Assembly: GCF_009914755.1 (NCBI RefSeq)
Contig: NC_060935.1
DNA from: the human T2T-CHM13v2.0 reference genome, Homo sapiens
Reading direction: 5' to 3' (one strand)
Length of the DNA: 64,000 bases
The notes under the pieces were generated by a model. It saw only the letters and a list, made by a program, of their open reading frames with translations, made no database searches and was not told where the DNA came from. The translations under genes and the position numbers were made by a program. Shown here in pieces: positions 1 to 14,662 of this stretch (its first letter is position 1; every line of letters begins with the position of its first letter).

Positions 1-92
1 TTGTTGCATAGATGAGGAAACTGAGACCTGGGAAGGTTAAGAAATTGCTTGAGGTAACAGTTATTACTGAACCATAAATTAACACTAGGTTC
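1..92 (-). mobile_element. MIR SINE fragment
   Basis: Matches the MIR core in reverse orientation: gatgaggaaactgagacctgggaaggttaagaaattgc. Confidence 0.65.
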
Positions 93-236
93 CCGAAAAC
101 AAGGATTAAGAAAAAAATCATACATTGTTTTAAAATTAATGTCCTGCCTTAAAATCCATCTTCCAGTGATTAATTTCCACTAACATGAAAATATATATAT
201 ATATATGTATTGCTTAAAAATATGTAAAAATATACA

Positions 237-558
237 TTTTTTTTCTTTTTTCAAATGTCTTTAGAGTCAGGATCTTGCTCTGTCACCCAGGCTGGAGTGG
301 GTGGCATGATGGTAGCTTACTGCAGTCTCAAACTCCTGGGCTCAAGTGATCATCCTGCCTCAGCCTCCTGAGTAGCTAGTATAGATGCAGTGCCACCATG
401 CTAGACTATTATTCTCTATTCTATTCTATTCTATTCTATTCTTTTTAGAGATGGGGTCTTGCTATGTTTCCCAGGCTGGTCTCAAACTACTGTACTCAGG
501 CAATCCTCCCGCCTTGGCCCCCCAAAGCACTGGAATTATAGGCATGAGCCACCCAGAC
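237..558 (-). mobile_element. AluJ-type SINE with a (CTATT)5 microsatellite in the inter-arm linker
   Basis: Poly-T, then tcttgctctgtcacccaggctggag...ggcatgagccacc; J-type ctcctgggctcaagtgat; (CTATT)5 at 416-440. Confidence 0.9.
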
Positions 559-654
559 TCAAAAAATATATTTTAGAGCTTGGAATATCTGTGTGCAGCC
601 AAGAGACCTCATGTGGAAATCCAGTATCAGTGGCCTGGATTTGAGTGGCATATA

Positions 655-898
655 AAATATACAAAGGGGAGAGAGCCATATGAAGACAGAGGCGGAGATT
701 GGAGTGATGCCTCTATAGGCCAGGAATGCCAAGAATTGCTGGCAGCCATCAGAAGCAAAGAGAGGTATGGAATGGAACCAACTCTGTAAACACTTTGATT
801 TTCGACTTCTTGTCTCTGGAAATGTAAGAGAATACATTTCTGTTGTTTTATACTACTGTTGTGGTAATTTGTTATAGCAGCCACAGCAAGTGAATACA
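655..898 (+). mobile_element. MaLR LTR 3' part (MLT1C/D-like)
   Basis: gaagacagaggcggagattggagtgatgc...ccaggaatgccaagaattgctggcagcc...gtaatttgttatagcagccacagcaagtgaataca, a typical MLT1 3' end. Confidence 0.8.
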
Positions 899-959
899 GA
901 ATCTGTATTAGTTTAGTGGCTTTGATTTACTACAAATCCAATTAGTCAACAGCATGGAA

Positions 960-1545
960 AAGCTATCACAAGGGCCACTAGGACCTTGGGACTCACTTAA
1001 TAATAGTATAGAGTCCAAAACAAGGGGGTAAAATGTTATTCAATTTTAAACTGATCAGACTCCACCCAATTATGTGTTCACTTCTAGGAATCACACCTGC
1101 AGGCCAGAGGAGAAAGCTGGAGGAAGTCCAGGAGAGACAGGCCAGGGCTGTGAAGGGCTAAGTGGGTTAACACCACCACATCACTGAAGCAACTGGAGTT
1201 TTCAGGTTTCAAAAAACTCAGGGGACACAACTGCTGTCTTCATCACTAAAGGATTATCAAGACGGGAAGTAATCTAATTTGTTCCCTGAGGTTCAACATG
1301 ATTGAACTAGGATCAGTGGGTGGAGTCACTGGGAAGCATATTTTTCAAGGAACTGAGTGTCAACAATGTCACAGAGTCTCTGAACATCACACTGGCCAAC
1401 TGCCTTCCATTGGTGGAAGTTTTCAAGCCTGGGCCAAATAAATCATCTGGCAAGGATGTTGGTAATGGAAGAATGCAAACCCCAAGCATGCAATCTGCCA
1501 AGATGACCTTATGCTCCTCACGAGCTCTGTGAATCTATGAATCCA
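960..1545 (+). mobile_element. L3/CR1 LINE 3' fragment (ancient)
   Basis: Degenerate CR1 3' motifs (ctggaggaagtccaggagag, ggaagttttcaagc, agatgacct) ending in tctgtgaatctatga, like the CR1 (ATTCTRTG)n tail. Confidence 0.6.
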
Positions 1546-1751
1546 TAAAATGCATCATTTGACAACTATGTGAGTCAAGAGATATCTGAAACATGTGGGT
1601 AGGATATGGAGATCCTGAGCATGAAGAAATATGTATGGTGGGAAAAGAGCACCAAGGCCCAGTACAGAGCAATGGCTAAAAACTTATAGCCAACTCCCAG
1701 AAGCCTAGCAGCAAGAGTAGGTGGTCACAGCCATGCAGGAGAGGTTGTTTT

Positions 1752-1755
<4 letters not shown>

Positions 1756-1811
<56 letters not shown>
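1756..1811. repeat. (TG)28 microsatellite at an Alu tail
   Basis: Perfect TG run read directly, followed by (GTTTT)n. Confidence 0.97.
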
Positions 1812-2401
<590 letters not shown>

Positions 2402-4204
2402 TCAAGCTTTCTCTTGTAGCTCTTATCGTCCAATATGGCCAGTATCCCCTAACAAACCACTTGTGAGTAACTGCTTGTAATATTTGCATGTATTATCTCT
2501 AACGGTTATGTCAACACTACAAGGTATTATCATCTTAACTCAGGGAACTCAGGCATAGGATAGGTTAAATCATTTGTCCAAGACCACACATTTCAAAAGA
2601 GTTTAGGATTCCCATTGGAATCCAAGTATAGAAGCCAAACTGTTCTCCTGCATCACGGTATTTCCTCTGTACCCTACTGTGGGCATTTAGTTTGTTCAAG
2701 GTAAACAATAATACCAAGCAAGTGGGAAGGAAACGGGTGGCTTTCCCTTTCTGGGCCTCATTTACCTCATCTATAAAATGGGAAAAGATGGGAGATGATG
2801 AACACAGGGAGCTCTTACAGCTCTGACACCCTGGTGCTGCCCTGCAACTAAATGTTACTGGATTCCTTTTCTCTCAGTGTCACCTCCACACTGTTGGGGC
2901 TGAGAAAGTAGTGACAGAGAAGGCTGTAATTCTCTAGTACCCGCCCCCCCACAAGGAAGACACAGCTGGTAACTTTTCCCATTGCCTTGAGGTCAGAGCA
3001 GTAACAGAAGGAGAAAACCAAGAACAGGCAAAAAGTCTGCTGTATGAGCTCATTTGCAGGTGTGCAGCATGGAATGACCCACATAAATCCTGACATTTAG
3101 CGCTTACTCTTACTCCGTAAACCAGGACTGTGCTGTAAAGTATCAGCACACAGATCTGAGGGCCAGCAGTGCCCAAAGCCCAAGGGATGTCCATGAGGAG
3201 TTAAAGCACAGTGTCTTTGTTTGGAAAAGATTAAGTTATCCATGGAGTGTGAAAGAAAAAGTAGCCCGGCCACATTCCAGAGGCTCCAGTAAAGCAGCCT
3301 CTTGCAGATGCTTCCAGTGTTGATGCTGTACTGAATCAGGTTAGGAAGCATCCTTCAGCCCACCCTGCTGGGGACCTCTGGCTAGGCAAAGCCTCCTCTT
3401 TCCAACTGCCCCTTCTACTGGTCCTCTAGCAATGGAATACCAGAGTCTAGGGACTCCAGAGGCCCAACAGCTCAGGAGGGGGAGGTTGCCAAGGTCCTGT
3501 GAGACTTCGTTCCTCCCCTGCCCATCATCACTCCATGACCCAGAGAAGGGGGACCATCCCAGCATCAGGGGTTGGGGGACAGACTGGACATCTAATCAGG
3601 GAGGGGCTCTCACTATCTCACTTCTAGGAAAGGGCAAAATGGGATGATTTCGGAAATTCTCCACCCAAACCAGTTTCCTCTTCAATTTCCTAATGATGCC
3701 CATTCAGGAAGGGAGTCCCAGTTAGAGGAACAGAGCAGGAAGAAGGCTCCTGACCCACAGGATCCCACGTACCTGGAGTTTCCAGTGAGCACACCACTGT
3801 GCCCAAATGGAATATCCCAGCAGATGTTTCTGGTTTTATTCTTTCTTTTTCTTTTTGGTTTTGCAGGATGCAAGGCAAGATGGCAGGGTGAGCAGGAGAG
3901 AGGTATCAAATAGTCAGTGGAAAGAGTGTGGCTTTGGAGCCTGAACTAGGTTCCAATCATAGCTCCACACTCGTAGTGTAAGCTTTGTAAAATATCTCCT
4001 AAATAGTGCCCAAAATGAAGAAGGTGAATGGTAAGGGTACATGTTCTTGTTGGGGCCCCTTCTCCCCACAGAAAACCTACTGACTCCCCATAACCCTAAC
4101 AGAGAGCCCGCCATCCCAGTGCACGAGACTTCTCCTGCAGATATCCAAAACTGGGGGCAGGGGAGGGGAGTGGATAAAGAACCACACAAGGTAAAAGAGA
4201 GAGA

Positions 4205-4441
4205 TCCATAATGATAACTTCAGTGAGCATATTATATACAAATCACATCATAACATATTACACTCCAGGCACTCTGCAGGCATTATCTCATATCGTATTA
4301 CCATCCTAGGAGGTAGTTATTATTATTTCCATTTTACAGATGAAAAAACTGAGGATCAGAAAAATTAAGGGATTTATATAAGTTTACACAGCTAGTAGGA
4401 ACAGAGCCAGGATTCAAATCCAGGCTTTTTGACTCCAGAGG
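4205..4441 (-). mobile_element. MIR SINE
   Basis: ccattttacagatgaaaaaactgagg...cagagccaggattcaaatccaggc...tgactccagag. Confidence 0.8.
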
Positions 4442-5429
4442 TGGAGTCAAAGGTTGAACTATTCCCCATGAAGACAACACGGCCAAACCGATTCCTTACA
4501 TTTCTAAGGCAAGAAGAAAACTCCAGTACAGGGTAAGGGTTTAATATAAGAAGCTATCTTATTAGGGGCCTCCATCCTCTGAAAATAAATCACTGGCCCT
4601 CCTCATTTGTGTCTAGAAGTCCCAGCAATCAGGCATGGACACTGACTGGCTGGAAACCTGCAGGTTAGAACCCCGAACTTGCTACTGACCTTTAACCCAG
4701 AATAACTCCTACCTCTGAAGAAGGTAACATAAAGAAATGGGAGCACAAAGCATCCTCGACTGCACCATCCACCTCTTCAGAGCACTTCCTCCTTTGGCAA
4801 CAGCTGCACATCACTGACTCTGAATCACACATTTATACTGCGCCTTTCCAGATCCAGACTCAGTTCCCTAGTGTCAAACTGTGTCAGCAGGGAGGGATGC
4901 AGACAGCAGAGAGAGAGCTCAGTGAATCACTTTTCTCTGCTAGTGATGGTTTCTGATGCATGTTAAACACCTCCCTGCAATTCCTCAAGTGTCTATTAAT
5001 CAGTGAACCAAGAACACAGAGGGCACCAAGGAACAATCTGCCATTGCAGGGAAAAAAGCAAATTGTATCAGGCCTCGTTACTAATGCACAAAGACTTCTA
5101 AATCCAAGAGGAGGTGGTGATAGTAACAGCCTAGTCATTGAGACACTTGGTCCCACTGGCCACAAAGTGGACAATAAACAAACCCTCACCTGAAAGGGGC
5201 AAAATCTACTTCTCCTTAGCCTCATGTGGACACTGGCTGAGCCAAGAAGAGAATCTGCCAAAATTGATTAAGAGAGAAACTTGTAAAAATTTGCTCTTGA
5301 CAAGCGTCAGTCTCTTCTCCCCTATAAAACAGCCCTAGAATACCATCAGTTCTCCCCAGCTCAGAAGACTAAACAGGATACACGATGGTCCCCAAGGTTC
5401 TGGTGCCCACTTGCCTTTTCAGGCTAAAT

Positions 5430-6140
5430 ATCTTCCCCAGGAAAGCTCCTGCCCTGCCATGGTTATGACCCTAAAGCTGTCTCTCTGAGTTCCGTCCACT
5501 CTCTAGAGTCCCAGATCCCTATATCCAACTGTCTATTAGACACTTCTTCCAAGATGTCCTCTAGGCACCATTAAATCAACATATTCCAAAGTGGAACCCT
5601 TTGCCATCTTCCTAAACTGTTTCTATTCTTTTATTCCCCATCTTGGTGAAGGTCACCAAGGAGCACTTGGAAGAATGGCTGTGACATTTCTGTCATCACA
5701 ACAACTTGGGGAGGGGGCGTCTGAAGGGCAAGGAGCCCAGAGTGCTAAACACCACCATCCCGCACAATGAAAAGCTGTCCCTCCCCAAATGCCAAGAATC
5801 ATAGCACCTAGAAATGCTGGAAGGCATCCTACCTTTTCCCCTCACTCCCCATCAGTCAGCAAGACTAGTTAACTCTACTTCCTATATCCCCAACCTGGCC
5901 CATCCTCTCCATCCCCACAGCCACTCAGTAGAATGGCTGCAACAGTCCCTAAGCCCATCATCCTATCTCTGCACCCACCCACCCACATATTCCCAATTCT
6001 CTTTCTACGATCCTCCAGACAGTTGCCTGTAAATAGCTCTAAATCTATAAACTGTGCCATTTCCAGCCTTAAAATCATCCAGTAGTTCCCATTACCTTCT
6101 GGAAAAAGGATAAACTTCTTAAACCTGTTCCCTGCCTCAT
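5430..6140 (+). mobile_element. L2 LINE fragments interrupted by a MER20-like hAT relic (~5660-5800)
   Basis: L2 motifs (tatatccaactgtctattagacacttc, aatcaacatattccaaagtggaac, ttcccattacc...ggataaac); the inner block tcacaacaacttgggg...tgctaaac...cccgcacaatgaaaagctgtcc resembles the MER20 family. Confidence 0.6.
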
Positions 6141-7769
6141 GGCTCACCACCCCCACATGGATACCCAGGCTCCAGGGGTGTCTCAGTATCTTTGCACACA
6201 CTGTTCCCTTTTCTTGAGGACCATGTCCTTATCTCTCTGGCTTTTGTCCTTTAGAAGCCTTCCACGATATGAGGCTGAGGTAAGAGCTTGTTTGTGCACA
6301 CACGGAGAGAACTTTTACTGCCTCATTGTGGTTGTTGTGCTTACCCTGCTTCTCTGTTGGCTCTGATTCTCCATCACAGAGCCTAGTATACAGTATTGGC
6401 TTAATGAACAGCCAGTGGATTAGAATGTACAACATATATATAACGCCCTGACAGTTGCCAAAGTCTCATGCAATGCAATGACCTGGAGAGGTAGTACTGA
6501 CACTATTACCATTTAACAGAAGAGGTTAAGTCTTTCGCCCAAGTTAAAAAAAATAGTTAGCTAAGGGTAGAGCCAAGAAGTGAACCAGGTTCTTTTACAG
6601 CAAATTCTTTGTTCTTTGTCATAATACCACTCTACACAAAAGGCTACAGAACAGACATCCAGGTGGGGGCGAGAGACGTCATCATCTTGTCTCCTTCAGA
6701 CTGAGCTCCAAGAAACCCATCACATTACCCAGCTGCACAGCCCCATTCCTCCCCATTTTTCCTTCCTATACCTCAATCATATAGTGCAGAAACCCCAAAG
6801 CCAGCAAAAGAGCCTACTCTTACTGTCAGAAACAGCTGCATTCTGCCAGCCTGTAACATGATGGCTCCAGTGTGCTGGCTGGGAGCAGGGGACTGGTGGT
6901 AAGTGGCAGCTTTTAGAGATGCCATGCATTAAGTACACAAGGCTTTAAATGGGCCACCCGCAGAGAAGGTGTATTAGGCAGTGAGGGGGAGGAGGCCTGC
7001 AAGCTATCCCGCTGTGCCACGTGAAAGGCTGGTAGTTCCTAATTACTTTCTGAGAGTTTTCATGAACACCTCACATATGCCATTTTGCTTCAGGAACACA
7101 AAGCAATTAGAAATAAGGTTTCAGACTTTATGACTCTAACTAGCTGCAGCGGAGAGCATTTGCCTGCACACACACATTTGGCTCAAATGTGAATGTAAAA
7201 GGCGATTAAGGAAATGTGCAGTTCGGTGCTGCAAGCCTCTCAGGGGACAAGGAAAATGACAAACGCTCATTTCAGGGCTCTGGGTGGCAATCACTACCCA
7301 CTTCCACAGTGTCATTCAGATATCACCATGACAACCACCAAAAGGCTTCCTTCCTCTATGGCAAAGACAATAGAAATTTTAATTAAGGCCATTCCTTTTT
7401 TTTTCTGACTGATGGAAGAAAAACATCCACAAAACGTTACCCAGAAATACATGACCAGGAACACTTTCAGAATTCAAAAATATTTTTGCTGCTTTCCATG
7501 AAGTCACATGATCCATCCCGGCATCCCCAAAGCCCACATTCTCCCACTCTTTCAACAACTCGAATTTTTATAGATCTCATAAATTCAGATCTGTCTGGAT
7601 CTTTTATCAAACATTATGAAACTAGGGAAACATTCCAATTCAATTTTCTGACTATGATTGAGAACAGGATTTTAGTCATTTTTCTTTCAGTCATAAAATT
7701 CAAAAGGTCTGGTATATTTTCATAAAGTATTTTCAATAAACTGAGACAGCCCAAGATTAGATTTGAGTG

Positions 7770-7990
7770 TTCAGTGGCCTTTGGAAAGGAGCAGATCTGG
7801 ACTTGAATACCTGCTTTGTAATCCTGTGTGACTTTGAGTTAGTTACTTAACCTCTCTGAGATTTAGTTTCCTTATCTGGAGGACAGAAGTAATAGTGCCT
7901 ACTTTGGAGCATTTCAAGAAGAAGCAAGGCTGAATGTAACAAGTTAGCACTCTGCCCAGTCCATAGTGAGCTACTAATAATAGCAGCAAG
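7770..7990 (+). mobile_element. MIR SINE
   Basis: ctgtgtgactttgagttagttacttaacctctctgagatttagtttcc. Confidence 0.7.
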
Positions 7991-8269
7991 TATTATTATT
8001 CTTCCTTATTTTGCCCTGAAAGAATTAAGAAGGCCTTGTCCACACTTCCTAGGAAGTGTTTCTGGCATGTGTTGGCTCCTCTACCTTCTCACAGTCCTAA
8101 ATCCTGGCCTTTATCATCTCTCACGTGGACTAGTCCAACACCCTCCTAACTGGCCTCCTTGCTTCTAGACTTTGTTCCCCCTAGTTCACTGTCCTCAGAT
8201 CACCCAACTGCTCCTCTAAAATCCAAACCTATGCTGATCACTCTGCTCTGCATGAACCTCTGATACTCT

Positions 8270-8491
8270 GATAGGACTTTCATGGGGAAAACTATGGCTT
8301 CACTGAAAAACATTTTTAAAGGCCTAAATGAGAGCTATAAAACACCAATTTTGTAAAGATGCCAATTCTTCCCTAAATTAATCTATATATTCAATGTGAA
8401 ACCAATCAAGATCTCATAGGGTTTTTTGTGAATCTTTGCAAACGGATCTTAAAATCTAAATGGAAAAGCAAAAGGACAAGTATAGCCAAGA
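8270..8491 (+). mobile_element. Old L1M ORF2 fragment
   Basis: gtaaagatgccaattcttccctaaattaatctatatattcaatg...aatcaagatctc...atggaaaagcaaaaggacaagtatagccaag matches L1 ORF2-region sequence. Confidence 0.7.
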
Positions 8492-8586
8492 GCTCTTGGA
8501 TGGTGTTTTCTAGAGTAAACAATATTTTGATTCAATGGGTTTTACTCTGGGGAAATGTGTTCAATATAGACAAAACTTTTGCATAT

Positions 8587-8903
<317 letters not shown>

Positions 8904-10215
8904 TTAATAAAAATACTAACAGGTGACTTCTAATTATGAGTGGAGAAAACTGGGTAATTTTCTCTGCCAACTCAGTGTAGGAATGAGGCCTGGGAAAGGG
9001 AAAGCAAACAAGAAAAGCAGACTGGGAAAGAGGTAATGATCTTTACTGAAGGCCCGCTATGTCTCAGGCACTGTGCTATGTACTTCCCATATGATTTTCA
9101 TTTAATATTCATCACAAGCAAGTATAGTAGATAGCATTATTTCCATTATAGGGCAGGAAAACCTTTAGAAGGATAAGTGATTTGCTGAAAGGCAAAGATC
9201 CCTTATAAGTGGTAAGGGCATGAACTGAACTTTGCTCTTTGAGCTTTATACCATACTTGTGAGCTGTTCTTGGCCTGCTCTTACTGGTCCCAGGTGTCAG
9301 CAGGGAGCCCAGGTGCTAGGGGTAGGCAGGGAAGTGTCAGTGAGCTCACCTGGATAAGGTGTGGGGGGCAGGCACTTGGTGGTGCTGCTCCTCATCTCTC
9401 TCCCCTTTAGCTGGGAGGGTGCCTAAACCTTACTTGCAGACAAACACAAATGCACATAGTTAATGGGAAGGCCTTTAAGCCCCAGAGCATGTCACTGTCC
9501 AGCCAGAGAAATCCAGGTCACACTCCAAGTTGCTAACCTAATGTGTAATGGGAAAATAACTCTACACATTTAAGGCTCTCACAGGCTGTAAATCCTCAGC
9601 TTTACTCTGATTGCATGGCAGCAAATTCTGCTCTCAAACATACAGTTGGAACTCAATAAATTTCACTTCACTGATCCATAAATCTTGTTTAAAAAAATAT
9701 ATGCATGGTTCAGTCTGTCCTTAGCTCAGGTGGAAAGGAAGACACTAGAGTGAATTTTCATTCTGTTAATGCCTTGTAACTTTCATGAGGTGTTTTACTA
9801 GGTTACAAGTAGACTATGAAATTCTGGCATAAGCAATTATACTTGGACAATAAAATGGAACAAATGACCTACAGCATAGACACCCCATTATATTTCTTCC
9901 TTTTGCATTTATTCAACTTGACATAAGCACTCATCACTGCCTTCCAGATCTTTTCCCTTTAAATAAAATTGTACACAAAATTGTATACAACATTGTGATC
10001 ATTAACAACTGGGTGGTCCTTGAACAAACTCAAAGGGCAAGAAAGAAATGAGAGGATGAAAGGGAGGAGGCTTTGAGGAATGGCTCAATTCCAACATCAG
10101 TTCAGTTCATGGACAAACACTCATGAGATCTCTCACTTTTTTCCCCCAAAAAATCTTTTTTCTAGGACAGAAATTCTCTAACTACCTCAAGTGGCATAAC
10201 ATGTGGAAGTCATGA

Positions 10216-10518
<303 letters not shown>

Positions 10519-10900
10519 ATGATGTTCTTTTTGTATGACCCAATGGGATACATATTTTATGAAACATTTTTGGTTCCCTACTTATAAAAAATAATATATA
10601 CTCCTTAGAGAAAAATGGAAAAAAGCTGTCTAGGAAAGCAGAGAGCTGAAGAAAAAATAAATCAGCTCTAGGTTCACCAGCCAGACAATAGGCTGAGAGC
10701 TCAATATTTAATTTTGTGCTAAATTAAATCCATTTTTTCACTTTACTATAGTGAAGACAAACTAATATAAGCCAAAAGTTTGAGAAAACTGCATGGGGGT
10801 TTATCCTTTCTCCTCTAAATTCCACCACTAGCAACTCATTTATTTAGGTAAGCATTATCCTTCCCAATATGTCTTTTCTCTTTTTTCGGGGGTGGGAAGG

Positions 10901-12018
10901 AACAGCTTTATTGAGATAGAATTCACATGTCAAACAATTCACTTAAAGTGTACAGTGTAGCTGGGCATGGTGGCTCACGCCTGTAATCCCAGCATTTTGG
11001 GAGGCCAAGGCCGGAAGATAGCTTGAGCTCATGAGTTCAAGCCCAGCCTGGACAACATAGCAAAACCCCATCTCTACAAAAAATACAAAAAAATTAGCTG
11101 GGTATGGTGGTGCACGCCTATAGTCTCAGCTACTCAAGAGGCTGAGGTGGGAGGATGGTTTGACCCAGGAGGTGGAGGTTGCAGTGAGTGGAAATCACAC
11201 AGTGCACTCCGGCCTAGGCAGAAGAGCCAGACCTTGTCTCAAAATATAATAAAAATAAAGTATACAATGCAATGGCTTTTAGTATACTGAGAGTTATACG
11301 ATCATCACCCCAATCAAATTTAAAACATTTCATTGCCCTAAATGGAAGTCCCATACTCTCTAGCGATCACCCCAGCTCCAGCCCTAGGCAGCCATAAATC
11401 CACTTTCTATCTCTCTGGATTTCCCTATTCTGGACATTCCATATAAATAGGCTTAGACACTAGGTCATCTTTTGTGACTGGCATCTTTCATTTAGCATAA
11501 TGTTTACAAGGTTCATTGTTGCGTTCTTGTTGTAGCATGTACCAGTACTTCATTCCTTCCTATGGCCAGATAATATTCCATTATATAGACACACCACATT
11601 TTATTTATCCACCCATCAGTTGACGGACTTTGGGTTTTCACTTTGAGGATATTATGAATCATGTAGCTATGAATTGCGTACAAGTTTTTGTGTAGGTGGA
11701 CATGGTTTCACTTCTCTTGGGTATATACCTAGGAATGGAATTCATGACTCATATGGTAACTTTACGTTTAACCTTTTGAGAACGTGCAGCTGGCTTCCAA
11801 GGTGGCTCCACCATTTTACACTTCTACCAGCAGTGCATCAGTGTTCCCACTTCTCTACGCCCTCACCAGCACTTCTAAAGTATCTGTCCTTTTTAATATA
11901 AACATCCTAGGGTGTGTAAAGTAGTATTTCATTACGGTTTTGTTTTGCATTTCCTTGATGGCTAATGATGCTGAGCATCTTTTCATTTGCTTATTGGTCA
12001 TTTGTGTATCTTCTTTGG
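10901..12018 (-). mobile_element. L1MB-type LINE 3' end, interrupted by an Alu
   Basis: cagctttattgagatagaattcaca...ctattctggacattccatataaat...ggtatatacctaggaatggaatt...ttgcatttccttgatggctaatgatgctgagcatcttttc. Confidence 0.85.
10959..11255 (+). mobile_element. AluJ-type SINE nested in the L1MB
   Basis: Dimer; degenerate TSD taaagtgtacagtg (10944-10957) / taaagtatacaatg (11256-11269). Confidence 0.9.
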
Positions 12019-12039
12019 CCCAGCTTGTCTTTTAAACTG

Positions 12040-12260
12040 CAAGTACCTCTGGACAGAGACACTCCCTGAATTCAAATGTTACTTATTAGCTGAATTATCC
12101 TAGGCAAGTCATTTAACTTTTATTAGCTTCAGGTTCCTTCTCTGCAATGTAGAGATAATATTAACTACCCAACAGATGTGAGGATTGAAATAACACAGGT
12201 AAAGGACTTAGCAGACAGCTGGGCACACAATAAACAGTCAGCAAGTGACAGTTATTATTA
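12040..12260 (+). mobile_element. MIR SINE
   Basis: acttattagctg...ggcaagtcatttaact...ctctgcaatgtagagataata...gtgaggattgaa. Confidence 0.7.
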
Positions 12261-13659
12261 ACAACACCCTTATTCACACTTTACAATCCATAAATGCTTT
12301 GAAACAGCTCTTCCCATAAGGAGAGAGCCTAAGATCTGGGACAGAGAAGTTGGGAGCAAAGGGCAAGGGGAGCTCAAAAGAGTTGAATTAAAAGGAAAAT
12401 GAAAACAATTACTTATGGGCCATTTTCACAGTCTTGTTTTAGTTATCATTGCCAAAGGTCAGCCTAGAGCCTACTCCTGCACCCTTCCAATCATGATGTA
12501 AACACCTAGTTCACTGTATTAAATCCATTTCTGTTTAGAAAAGCGAGAATAACTTCTCACTACTGCTACTGAACCCTGACTGAACAGGAAGGAAGGAAGG
12601 TCTTAGTCACAGCTCTATAATTACAGCCATGCACACGGCCTGGCATATAACATTAGGTGATCAGTAGCTGAAGTGAACCAAATGGAATCAATGAGTACAT
12701 TAATGAATGGAATGAATAAATGGGCAAACAGAGCATGTTTGGGATGTTTGCTCAGTTAGGTGAATGAGGATCCCCTCATCCAGAGGGTCCCAGGGAAGGC
12801 TGAGATCAGTTCCCAGGACTGGCAGCCAAGGTTCTCATTGACCATCCATAACCCATCACCATTGCACAGACGCCTACATTAGAATATCTTTCATTTTTTT
12901 GTTGCCAACACTCAGGGATTATAGATTGTAGAGAATGCTGTTTTCCTGTATTTCTTAAAGTCATGAGAAGGTGAAAAGGCCTCCACTGTGCTTCTTGGCA
13001 TATAAATAACTCACAGCATAAAGAAAGGGGAGTCAATGGTTCCAAATTCAAAATAAAGATAGGCTCTTCTCACAACGTCCAAATTACAGAGTCCTCCAGG
13101 CAGAAATAGAGACATCTTTCAAAGAAATTCTATTTGCCCATTCAATTCCAAAAGACATAATCAAACTAAGAAAACTCTTCCATGCCTTCCACAAATTGAT
13201 TTAGTTTCAGCAGCCACCTGGGGCAGCACACAGTCAGACAGCAAACAGGCCTTTCAGTTTTTGTCCTTCTTGCCATGTTCTCTTCCTTCAGAGACTGGAA
13301 AAGGATCGCTGCAACTTCATTCTTCAACATGGTACAAAGATACAGCCTGCTCTACATTCCTGCTGTACAATTCTGCAAATCACTATCTTTCCCTCAGATC
13401 TTTCACAGCCAAAATTGTAGAACCCTCTCAAAAACCTTCAAGCTATCAGAGTATGACAGGTTTCGATTTTGCAGTCCATTTTGGGCTCCCTCTTGACAGG
13501 CCTTCATTGGCTTAAAACATTTGTTATTCTTACGTGCTATCATTTATTGAAATCATTTACAGAACATTCCTTCACACATGTCACCTCATTCTCCATGCAC
13601 AAGCAACATCTGAGTGCCTGCTCTGTACCCATCCATTGGGAATATAGCTCCTCTAAGCT

Positions 13660-14340
13660 CCAAACAGATTTTTTTCAGGGTCAGTACTTCCAAAGACTAT
13701 TTCTGAAGTTGTCCATCACAGCATTATTTTTACAGTCAAAAACTGGAAACTATGAAGTAATGGTTGAGCAAAATAAGGTGTTTATACTTGATGAAACATT
13801 GTACAGCCATTAAACATAAAGTTTATAAAGAATCTAAGCTTAACAGATCTTTGTGTTAAATGAAAACCAAGCAGCAACCACATCATATATAAAATATAAT
13901 CTCAATTATCTTTACAAAATGCAAGGAATGAATATTGGATAAAAATAAGCCAAAATGTTAATTCTAAGATTATGCATATCTCTTCTGCATATTTCTCTGA
14001 ATATTACTGCTTATTTGTGGAAAATTTAGAAAATAAAAGCATACATAATAAAAATTAACTGTAATATGCCACCACTGTTACTAATTTGGTATTTTGCTAT
14101 CCATTATTTAAGAATAAAAATTCATAAATATACTTTGCATATATTGCTTTCAAATTTTAAAACTTCAAAATGGGGAAGAATAAGAAATGTTTAGACATAA
14201 AAAGATAACGCAATGTTAACTGAAAAAGTCAAAATCATATATATGACTAAAAGCATGTTATGTAAAAAGACTTCTCACTACTTTGTACCCTGTCAAATCC
14301 ATGCCATATCATGTACACCTATTTAAAATAAATAAAAGAC
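13660..14340 (+). mobile_element. Old L1ME/MC-type 3' fragments
   Basis: AT-rich; catcacagcattatttttacagtcaaaaactggaaac...tacagccattaaa is typical of an L1M 3' region. Confidence 0.55.
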
Positions 14341-14342
14341 AG

Positions 14343-14662
14343 GGCTGGACACAGTGACTCACGCCTGTAATCTCAGCACTTTGGAAGGCCAAAGTGGCAG
14401 ATTACTTGAGCTCAGGAGTTTGAGACTAGCCTGGGCAACATGGCAAAACCCCATCTGTACCAAAAATACAAAAATTAGCTGGGTGTGGTGGCACACACCC
14501 ATGGTCCCAGCTACTTGGGAGGCTGAGGTGGGAGGATATCTGGAGCCTGGGAAATCGAGGGTGCAGTAAGCCATGGTCATGCCACTGCACTCCAACCTGG
14601 GTGTCAGAGCAGGAAGATCCTGTCTCAAATTTTAAAAATAAATTAATTAAAATAAAATAAAT
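14343..14662 (+). mobile_element. AluJ-type SINE
   Basis: ttacttgagctcaggagtttgag...gaggtgggaggatatctggagcctggg, with an A-rich tail. Confidence 0.9.

Noticed and set aside
12950-13515. Unique-looking block that seemed codon-like
   Set aside because: Minus-strand translation gave frequent stops, and neither it nor the plus-strand ORFs resembled a protein I recognise; no convincing splice pair. It could be an ancient repeat and needs tBLASTx or Dfam.
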